This document shows positions 1-7,083 of a stretch of DNA of 64,000 bases, in pieces (position 1 is the first letter of the stretch; every line of letters starts with the position of its first letter). The position numbers and the translations under genes were made by a program. The notes under the pieces were generated by a model. It made no database searches, was not told where the DNA came from, and saw only the letters and a program-made list of their open reading frames with translations. Origin of the DNA: a bacterium (GTDB lineage Bacteria; Cyanobacteriota; Vampirovibrionia; Gastranaerophilales; JBAXKC01); assembly GCA_037137535.1 (NCBI GenBank), contig JBAXKC010000005.1, positions 38,346 to 102,345 of the forward strand. The letters run 5' to 3'.

Positions 1-336
1 TTATTGCAAAACAAAGAAACGGCCCTGTTGGATCTGTTGAGCTTTTATTCCAATCAAATATAACTAAGTTTAAAAATCAGGCAACTGTTAGAACACATAG
101 TTTTTAAAAGTTAAAATATTTTAAATAAATAAGCTTAATACTAAAGTGCTATTAAGTTTATTAGTATTATAATTTTTTTGATATTTTTCTTTCTTAATAT
201 AGCTCTTAATCTATATTCTTTTACAAGCATTTTAGACAATTGTCCGATGATAATAGATTGCAAAAAAGTCTAATATTGAATTAATAAATCATAAAAAGAT
301 TTAATTGAAATTTAGAGAAGAGAGAAGGGGAAGAAT

Positions 337-1008
337 ATGCATGAAAATAAAATTAGGCTTCTCATGGTTGAAGATCACAAATTATTAAGAGTAGGTTTGA
401 AATCTATATTTGAAGAATATTCGAATTTAGAAGTTGTCGGAGAGGCAGAGGATGGGGCTACTTCGGTAAAATTAGCCAAAGAACTTAATCCTGACGTAGT
501 TTTAATGGATATTGGCTTACCTGTAATGAACGGAATTGAGGCAACCAAAAAAATCAAGGAATATAATCCAGATATTAAGGTTATAGTTTTAACTTCTCAT
601 CACACAGAAGACGAGGTTATTCAAGTTATTGCAGCAGGTGCTAATGCTTTTGCAATGAAAGATATTAAAACAGAATATTTAATCATGGTTATTCAGTCTG
701 TAAATGAAGGTGCTTTTTGGCTTGATCCTGCAATTGCAAAAGTTGTACTTGAAAAAAAACCTGCTATTATGACTCAACAAAAGCCTCAATCAAGAGCAAG
801 TTTTAAAGCTGAGCATTCTAATCTTACTGAAAGAGAGTATGAAGTGTTAAAGTTGGTTGTAGACGGTCAATCCAATAACGATATCGCTAAAACTCTTAAT
901 ATTAGCGAACATACAGCTAAAGCTCATGTTTGCAGTATTATTCAAAAATTAGTTGTAGATGATAGAACACAAGCCGCAGTAAAAGCCCTTAAAGATGGCT
1001 TAGTTTAA
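337..1008 (+). CDS. NarL/FixJ-family response regulator (receiver domain + LuxR/GerE-type HTH)
   Basis: Purine-rich RBS (GGGGAAG) just upstream of the ATG. Receiver motifs LLMVEDH, DVVLMDIGLP and VIVLTSH. C-terminal LTEREYEVLKLVVDGQSNNDIAKTLNISEHTAKAHVCSIIQKL is a classic LuxR-type HTH. Confidence 0.9.
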   Translation: MHENKIRLLMVEDHKLLRVGLKSIFEEYSNLEVVGEAEDGATSVKLAKELNPDVVLMDIGLPVMNGIEATKKIKEYNPDIKVIVLTSHHTEDEVIQVIAAGANAFAMKDIKTEYLIMVIQSVNEGAFWLDPAIAKVVLEKKPAIMTQQKPQSRASFKAEHSNLTEREYEVLKLVVDGQSNNDIAKTLNISEHTAKAHVCSIIQKLVVDDRTQAAVKALKDGLV

Positions 1009-1018
1009 TCTTTTAAAT

Positions 1019-1046
1019 GGGGAGCAGTAAAGTTATTACTGCTTCC
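1019..1046 (+). terminator. Putative hairpin terminator after the response regulator gene
   Basis: GGAGCAGTAA-agtt-TTACTGCT(T)CC stem-loop about 10 nt after the stop codon. The T-tract is weak. Confidence 0.4.
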
Positions 1047-1140
1047 TTAGGTTTTAGCCATAATTAATATAACTGATTTACCCATTGTCTTTTTGTAAAA
1101 ATAATTTATAATTTATTAAGCATTATAAAAATAAAAAATT

Positions 1141-1587
1141 GTGGGTTTTATGGAAGAATTGTGGAAAATTGAATTTACTGATGATTTATTAACAGGAATT
1201 AATGAAGTTGACGATGCGCATAGGCAATTGGCACAAAGTGCGAATGATCTTTATGAAATGTGTATAAATATTGATACAAAAAAAAATGATTTACTTGATT
1301 ACATGGAAAAAGTTCAAGATGTATTATGCGCTCATTTTGATAAGGAAATAGCATTGTTTGAGTCTTATAATCTGGATGATTGTCAAGCACATAAGCAAAT
1401 ACATGAAAAGTTTAAAGAATCTGTTTTGAATTTAGTAACAAAACCAAGTCCTGTTTTAGTAAAAGGTATGATGTTAAATCAGCTTATTAATCACTATCTT
1501 AAAGATCATTTTTTAAAAGAAGATAAAGAATGCATTATTAAGATACGAAAAATAAACTCTGATCGTCTAAAAGATAACTTAAATTAG
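1141..1587 (+). CDS. Hemerythrin-like metal-binding protein (bacteriohemerythrin family)
   Basis: Hemerythrin His/Glu/Asp pattern: DDAHRQL, HFDKEIALF (HxxxE), HKQIHEKF (HxxxH), HFLKED (HxxxxD). N-terminal W..EF.D.LLTGI..VD is typical. GTG start at 1141; alternative ATG at 1150. Confidence 0.8.
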   Translation: MGFMEELWKIEFTDDLLTGINEVDDAHRQLAQSANDLYEMCINIDTKKNDLLDYMEKVQDVLCAHFDKEIALFESYNLDDCQAHKQIHEKFKESVLNLVTKPSPVLVKGMMLNQLINHYLKDHFLKEDKECIIKIRKINSDRLKDNLN

Positions 1588-1613
1588 TTATTTAGAAATT
1601 AATATATGGGAGA

Positions 1614-1649
1614 AGAAAGTTATAATTCTTTATAACTTTCTTTATTTTA
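1614..1649 (+). terminator. Rho-independent terminator
   Basis: Perfect 12-bp stem AGAAAGTTATAA / TTATAACTTTCT with a 4-nt loop, followed by a T-rich tract (TTATTTTAT). Confidence 0.75.
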
Positions 1650-1670
1650 TAGGTGTAATATGAAAATTAT

Positions 1671-1868
1671 ATGAATAATGAAAGTGATTTAATTGAATAT
1701 ATAGATAAAACTAAGAGATTATTTTATAAACATTTTGATACTGAAGTCGCTTTGTTTCGTAAATTAAATTTAGAAGAATGTGATTATCATGAAAATTTAC
1801 ACTTTGAATTTAAAGAGGATCTTGCTGATTTAACTCTAGAAATGTTCCTGTGCTTACTAAAGCACTAA
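1671..1868 (+). pseudogene. Truncated tandem paralog of the upstream hemerythrin gene (central helices only)
   Basis: The 65-aa ORF aligns ungapped with aa ~50-100 of the 1141..1587 product (YxxK....HFD.E.ALF...NL..C..H...H..FKE). The N-terminal His helix and the C-terminal HxxxxD helix are missing in frame. Out-of-frame remnants resembling the C-terminus (..KNKEIKIN) follow the stop. Confidence 0.45.
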
Positions 1869-2084
1869 GGTTAAATTAAATAGTTTTATATTACTTGAAA
1901 AATCATTTACCTATGTATGATAAGACTTGTATTGAAAAATAAGGAAATTAAAATAAATTTATTTTTATCTCTATGTAAATCTAATGCGTTTGATTATTGG
2001 TTATAAATAAAGTAATATGATACAATCAAGCTATTAATATCAGATTTATTGTATTAAATCTGCCGTTAAATTCAGAAAGGTTTA

Positions 2085-2369
2085 ATGATGAGTGACAATC
2101 AAAATAAAGTCATTTCACTCGCTGGTGCAAGAGAAAAAGATAAAGAAAAGCAATCAGATAAAAGTAATGAAAACAAAGAACCTCAGGTTCATTGTTCATT
2201 TTGTGGACGACCAAATTTTCAGGTTCTAAAAATGATAAAAGGTCCAGGGGTTAATATTTGCTCTGAGTGTGTAATGATTTGTATTCAGTTTTTAATTCTT
2301 GAAGATAGAGTTTCCTCTCCGGAAGTACAAAGGGTTTTAGACCAGTTTTGGCAAGGGTTTAGAAAATAA
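2085..2369 (+). CDS. Standalone ClpX-type C4 zinc-finger (ZBD-like) protein
   Basis: CSFCGRPNFQVLKMIKGPGVNICSECVMIC closely matches the ClpX N-terminal zinc-binding domain (CSFCGK....KLI.GP.V.IC.EC...C). No AAA+ module follows. RBS AGAAAGG lies upstream. Confidence 0.75.
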   Translation: MMSDNQNKVISLAGAREKDKEKQSDKSNENKEPQVHCSFCGRPNFQVLKMIKGPGVNICSECVMICIQFLILEDRVSSPEVQRVLDQFWQGFRK

Positions 2370-4099
2370 TGTCAAAGAGAACATTATCAAAACTTCAAAT
2401 AAGATCAGAGATTTTATCAATATTATCAGTATTTAATAATATTGAAGATACTCCTAAAGAAAAACAGGATGAGGTTCTAAAGTCATTAAAGACCATAGAA
2501 AATAAATCTGATGTATTTGATTTTTTGCTTAAAGAATTGCCTAAATTAAGTATTGAACAAGCTCAAGTTGTAATTTATCTGTTTATTGAATTGGGTTCTT
2601 TGGATGAATTAAAAGAACCGTTATGGGCTTTTATAAAAGATTCTAATTCTTCTGATGAACTTAAAGATCTCGCAGGTATTGCTTTACGTAGTCTTGGTGA
2701 TGTTTCGGATACTCAGGTTTTTTTAAATTATCTTGATGATCCAAAAGCTGTTATTGATAAAGAAACTCAAAAGTTGCTTGAACTTGCAAAAATCAATCCG
2801 GAAGCGCAAATCGATTTTTTTGATTTTTTATTTTCGCTTCCTGAGGAAGAACAACTTTCTCTTATAAGTTCATTAAAAACAGATTATTCAGGTGAATATA
2901 TTGTAAATGTTCTTGTTCCCGCCTTGGAGTCAAACCCTTCGGGCAGAATTAAAGAAGCTTTAATAGAGGCATTGGGTGAAAGTAAGAATGAAGGTGCTGT
3001 TTCAATATTAAATGATATAGTTGATAATTCTACTGATTTGAAATTGAAGAAATTAGCTAAAAAAAATCTGACATTATTAAAAATTTCCGGCATAGATATA
3101 GAAAATAACATAGCTGATAAAAGAGGTGATACTCTTTGTAAGCATACCGATATATATGAATGTTACGCTAGTAATGTTGATGGTGTTGGTAATCAGGGCA
3201 TTATTATAAGTAGAATAAAACCAAATCAAGATATTATGATGTTTACTGTCGTTATAAATGATCTTGAAGGTATTGTTGATTGTTTTGGTTTTAACGGTAT
3301 AAGTAAAACTGATTTTTCGAGAATTATTCATAAATTTCAAGAGAAATCAACACGTCTTTCGGTTTCGCCTGAATATTGCAAGTATAAACTTATACAGGCT
3401 GAAAGAATTAACAAAAAAAATAATTCAAATATTACTTATGAATATTCAGCATGGAAGATATTAACTCATGACTTTTTAGCGTTAGAAGAGCCTGTTGAAA
3501 ATATTGCATTGGCTTGGGGGAATATTAATTATATATTTCAAGGATGTAATCTTTATAATTATCCCGATTTTAAATACTGGTTTTTTGAAGAGTCAGATCA
3601 TCCTAAAATTAAAGAATTTTTAGATAAAATTGTTAATAATATTCTTAAAGATGTGACTTATTATAAAGAAAATATAGATAAGTTGTTTGTATATTTGAAT
3701 AATGAAATAAAATTAATTCTTCCTGAAATTTTTGATGATAAATTAAGGGCTTGTTATAAAAACAGATTACTAAATATCGCATATCTTATGGATTTGCAAG
3801 GATTTAACTCTTTTAGAAATATATCAAGTTCTGTTGCTATTTCACTTGATGCTAATTATAAAGTACCATTATCTGAAAATGTATTTGTTTTTGAATTGAT
3901 GAAAAAAACTGTTAGTGAAGGTTTTTTACGACACAGGCAAAAACTTAAAGATGCTCAGCTAAATTCACAATTTGTAACATCATGGAATATTAAAAAATTG
4001 AAACAAGCTCAAGAACCTTTGCCGGCTTGTGATGATAGTGGAGTTTGCGAGATAATTGACCTTTTATATGAAGAATGGATGTTTAAACCGTCATGTTAG
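2369..4099 (+). CDS. Hypothetical protein, N-terminal helical-repeat (HEAT/ARM-like) region, family unknown
   Basis: Long uninterrupted ORF. Its start shares one nucleotide with the upstream stop (TAATG) and its 3' end overlaps ruvX by 7 nt. No motif I recognise. Confidence 0.6.
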   Translation: MSKRTLSKLQIRSEILSILSVFNNIEDTPKEKQDEVLKSLKTIENKSDVFDFLLKELPKLSIEQAQVVIYLFIELGSLDELKEPLWAFIKDSNSSDELKDLAGIALRSLGDVSDTQVFLNYLDDPKAVIDKETQKLLELAKINPEAQIDFFDFLFSLPEEEQLSLISSLKTDYSGEYIVNVLVPALESNPSGRIKEALIEALGESKNEGAVSILNDIVDNSTDLKLKKLAKKNLTLLKISGIDIENNIADKRGDTLCKHTDIYECYASNVDGVGNQGIIISRIKPNQDIMMFTVVINDLEGIVDCFGFNGISKTDFSRIIHKFQEKSTRLSVSPEYCKYKLIQAERINKKNNSNITYEYSAWKILTHDFLALEEPVENIALAWGNINYIFQGCNLYNYPDFKYWFFEESDHPKIKEFLDKIVNNILKDVTYYKENIDKLFVYLNNEIKLILPEIFDDKLRACYKNRLLNIAYLMDLQGFNSFRNISSSVAISLDANYKVPLSENVFVFELMKKTVSEGFLRHRQKLKDAQLNSQFVTSWNIKKLKQAQEPLPACDDSGVCEIIDLLYEEWMFKPSC

Positions 4100-4530
4100 A
4101 TGAAAGATTTATAGGGCTTGATGTAGGTAATAAGAGAATCGGCGTATCTTTAAGTGATAGGTTGCTTCTTACTGCTCAGCCCCTAAAGACGATTAATAGA
4201 ATGCCTGAAGTTAAGGCAATAGAAGAATTGTCAAAAATAATAAAAGAAAACGGAGTGACAGGTATAGTTGTAGGGCTTCCAAAAAATATGAACGGCTCTA
4301 TAGGTTTTCAAGCTGATAATGTACAAAATTTTGCAGAACTGCTTGAACAAAGTTTTAATCTTGATATAATTTTTGAAGATGAAAGATTATCTAGTAGACA
4401 AGCGGAAAGGTTTTTATCGGAACAAAACGTAAAACCTTCTCGCAATAAAGGGTTAATAGACGTTGCCTCAGCGGCAATAATATTACAATTGTATTTGGAC
4501 AAAAGGAGAATTCAAAATGGAAGATCTTAA
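4093..4530 (+). CDS. ruvX: Putative pre-16S rRNA nuclease / Holliday junction resolvase-like protein YqgF (RuvX)
   Basis: IGLDVGNKRIGVSLSD, GIVVGLPKNMNGS and FEDERLSS(R)QAE are the YqgF/RuvX signature blocks. The size (145 aa) is typical. Confidence 0.9.
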   Translation: MLDERFIGLDVGNKRIGVSLSDRLLLTAQPLKTINRMPEVKAIEELSKIIKENGVTGIVVGLPKNMNGSIGFQADNVQNFAELLEQSFNLDIIFEDERLSSRQAERFLSEQNVKPSRNKGLIDVASAAIILQLYLDKRRIQNGRS

Positions 4531-4873
4531 CAATATTGAAACAAAAATCATCAGAACTCAGGATGAAAATGGCGAAGTTCATAACTTTGAGCTTGTTGAT
4601 GTTGTAGAAGTAGACGGAAATGAGTATGGTTTATTAGTTTACGTTGATGAAGATGAAACTGCTGAAACTGAAAAATCAGAAGGTTGTGGATGCAGCAACG
4701 AAGAGTGTGGTTGTGAAGAAGAAGAAGAAATTATCATTATGAAATTAAATAAAAGTGGTGAGTCTTATTCATTCGAAACAATCGAAGACGATGATGAATT
4801 CAGCAAAGTTGTTGAATATCTTGAAACAGAATGTGCTGATGATGACGAAGAAGATGAAGAAGACGCAGAATAA
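4517..4873 (+). CDS. DUF1292-family protein (YrzB-like) with acidic/Cys-rich insertion
   Basis: DENGEVHNFELVDVVEVDGNEYGLLVY...IIIMKL...FETIEDDDEF..V..YLE matches the DUF1292 pattern. Adjacency to ruvX mirrors the Bacillus yrrK-yrzB arrangement. Confidence 0.75.
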   Translation: MEDLNNIETKIIRTQDENGEVHNFELVDVVEVDGNEYGLLVYVDEDETAETEKSEGCGCSNEECGCEEEEEIIIMKLNKSGESYSFETIEDDDEFSKVVEYLETECADDDEEDEEDAE

Positions 4874-4890
4874 GTTTCTTTAATCCAATA

Positions 4891-4930
4891 AATCCCTCCT
4901 GAGTTTTAATGATGCAGGAGGGATTTGTTT
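4891..4930 (+). terminator. Rho-independent terminator
   Basis: 11-bp perfect stem AATCCCTCCTG / CAGGAGGGATT followed by TGTTTG. Confidence 0.75.
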
Positions 4931-4995
4931 GTAAATGCAATTATTCATTTTATAAATGTGTTAGTATTAATTAGCAATATTAAATTAGTTATGAG

Positions 4996-5412
4996 GTGTG
5001 TCTTTTGACAGTAATTTTAGAATATAGAGAAATTCTTTCAACAGGCATAAAAAAAATTGATGACCAACATAAAAAACTATATCAGCTGATAAATGATTTA
5101 TTTACAGCGTGCGTTAATGGTTATGATAAAGAAATGATTTCTACTATTCTTTCCGATCTTGCCGAGTATATTGACGTTCATTTTAAAGATGAAGAAGATA
5201 TAATGCAGTCTGTGGGCTACTCTGATTTTTTAATTCATAAATCGGAACATGATAAATTTTATAGTCTTGTTGTAGGGATTTTGAAAGAGTATGAATTAAC
5301 AGGTGTAACTGATAATTTAATAAATGATACAAAGAAACTTTTAGTAGACTGGCTTTTAAGTCATTTAAATCATTTTGATAAAAAGTTGGCAATTTTCATC
5401 AAATCTCAGTAA
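4996..5412 (+). CDS. Hemerythrin-like metal-binding protein
   Basis: IDDQHKKL, HFKDEEDIM (HxxxE), HKSEHDKF (HxxxH), HLNHFD (HxxxxD). The longest ORF starts at GTG 4996. TTG at 5005 is better spaced (8 nt) from the GAGG RBS. Confidence 0.8.
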   Translation: MCLLTVILEYREILSTGIKKIDDQHKKLYQLINDLFTACVNGYDKEMISTILSDLAEYIDVHFKDEEDIMQSVGYSDFLIHKSEHDKFYSLVVGILKEYELTGVTDNLINDTKKLLVDWLLSHLNHFDKKLAIFIKSQ

Positions 5413-5491
5413 TTATGTTAAGAAATAATTCTAAAGATAAAGTATTGTTAATATTTTGCTCAAAAACAACAAATTCATAGAAGTTTTTTTT

Positions 5492-5525
5492 AAAAGCTGC
5501 CGATACAAATGGTAGCTTTTTAGTT
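5492..5525. terminator. Putative bidirectional-looking hairpin terminator
   Basis: AAAAGCTGCC-gatacaaat-GGTAGCTTTT (one G-U pair), flanked by a T-run upstream and TTTTTAGTTTT downstream. Confidence 0.5.
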
Positions 5526-5752
5526 TTAGAAGTTGAGAGTTTGTTTTAAGAGAGAAGTTTAGCTTATGGGAAAAAATTGTTTTTTCAATTCATGTTTCAT
5601 ATTTGAAAATATGCTAAATAGCATGTATTTAAGTGCTTTTGGGCATGTAAACAATTGTAAAAAAAAGTATAAATATGAGAGTTTTTTTAACATGTTTTTA
5701 ATTTATATGACTTTTTATTATTACGATAGAATTTGGGCTGAGGTCATAATTA

Positions 5753-7066
5753 ATGGTTAGCAAAATAGATAACTCAAAATTGTTTGAAAAATTTGCTTTG
5801 AAGCCACAGCAACAGCAAGCTCCTGCTCCTGTGACACAGCAGGCTGAAGTTGTTCCTGTTCAGGTTCAAAAGGAAATGGAAGGGGTTCAAGCAAAGACTC
5901 ACGAGCCAAAGCAAGATGAACTTAACATCGGGCATGCATCGGATCACATGGTTTCTAATGATGCTCTTACAAAAATGAAAGTCCAAGTCGAAAAGACATC
6001 AAAGCTACCTGAATACGCTATTAGGGGAATGAAAGGCGATCAGGATGCTAATTTCTATGAGTTTTTAGAATTAGGTAAAGTTCCTTATTTTCTTGGTGGT
6101 GCTGTTTTAACTGCATGTTATGCTGCCGGTGGTAAGGGGGCTGCTCCATTTGTAACAAGAATGGGAGCCGGTGCTGCATTTTTCTATACAGCTGCAATGT
6201 TAGGAAAGAATGCTATTGCTCTTCCTGTTCAGTTATTAAGAGGTATTGATCTTAATCATCCTTACAGAGATATTGTAGATTGTAGAGCAGTAGATGCTCA
6301 AGGTACATCTCCGAAAAAGAAAGAATATCACAAAGTATTTGAAAGTATCGACTTTACAAGATGGGATCTTCTTGAAAATCATGAAAAAGGAGATGTTAAA
6401 AACAACCCAAGGCTTATTAACGCTAAATATGACCGTATCGCTAAGAAAATGGGCATAAAAGAAAAAGACCTTAATGACTCAGATAGCACATTAAGAGCTT
6501 ATATCAAGAAAACACTTGTCATGAGTAAAGCTGCTCAATATATGAGTATAGCTTTATTTGCACCACTAGCTATTGGTGTAGCTAATGTTCGTGAAATGGA
6601 ATCACTTGGTCATAATATGTTTGGAGATATTGCTAAACATCTTGCAAAGCCTAAGGCTGACGCTACTATTGCCTCAACAACAAAGGATGTGTTCAGTATT
6701 ATAAAATCTGCTACAACTGATGTTATTGGTAGATCCTTTAAATCACTATGGACAGGTGAGGGTAATACGCATACTATAAAGGGTGTTAAAAATACAATAG
6801 GAAGCGTGAAAACATCTGACCTCTTTAAGCAAATGACAGGTGGAGAGTTCTTCCAATCATTAAATGGATTGCTTAAGAAACATGGCGGAAAAGCATTAAT
6901 CCTTGCTCCGTTAGTAACATCAGTAGCCGCAAACGCATGGATTTACTTCCACACAAATGCAGGCAAGAAAAAAGTATTACCTGCCGCAGAGTTTGCTATC
7001 GATAAGCAAAGACTTGCTGAACAATCAGCTCAAGGGGACAACACTCAACAAGTTAAGCCACAGTAG
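5753..7066 (+). CDS. Polytopic membrane protein, unknown family (paralogous to N-terminal part of next gene)
   Basis: GAGG RBS about 9 nt upstream. Q/P-rich N-terminus (KPQQQQAPAPVTQQAEVVPVQVQ). Four hydrophobic Gly/Ala-rich segments, e.g. VPYFLGGAVLTACYAAGG, GAGAAFFYTAAMLG, YMSIALFAPLAIGVANV and ALILAPLVTSVAANAWIYF. Confidence 0.65.
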   Translation: MVSKIDNSKLFEKFALKPQQQQAPAPVTQQAEVVPVQVQKEMEGVQAKTHEPKQDELNIGHASDHMVSNDALTKMKVQVEKTSKLPEYAIRGMKGDQDANFYEFLELGKVPYFLGGAVLTACYAAGGKGAAPFVTRMGAGAAFFYTAAMLGKNAIALPVQLLRGIDLNHPYRDIVDCRAVDAQGTSPKKKEYHKVFESIDFTRWDLLENHEKGDVKNNPRLINAKYDRIAKKMGIKEKDLNDSDSTLRAYIKKTLVMSKAAQYMSIALFAPLAIGVANVREMESLGHNMFGDIAKHLAKPKADATIASTTKDVFSIIKSATTDVIGRSFKSLWTGEGNTHTIKGVKNTIGSVKTSDLFKQMTGGEFFQSLNGLLKKHGGKALILAPLVTSVAANAWIYFHTNAGKKKVLPAAEFAIDKQRLAEQSAQGDNTQQVKPQ

Positions 7067-7083
7067 GGTTAGGGGATATTAAA

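Noticed and set aside
1-63. Open frame ending in TAA at 61-63 (..LLQNKETALLDLLSFYSNQI*), possibly the 3' end of an upstream plus-strand gene
   Set aside because: Only 20 codons are visible, so there is no way to assess coding potential or identity from the window.
5566-5760. 64-aa ORF (MGKNCFFNSCFIFENML...) upstream of the 5753 operon
   Set aside because: It lies in an AT-rich intergenic or promoter region. It has no RBS and a low-complexity F/N/Y/K composition typical of random AT-rich ORFs. It also runs into the start of the next gene. Most likely spurious.
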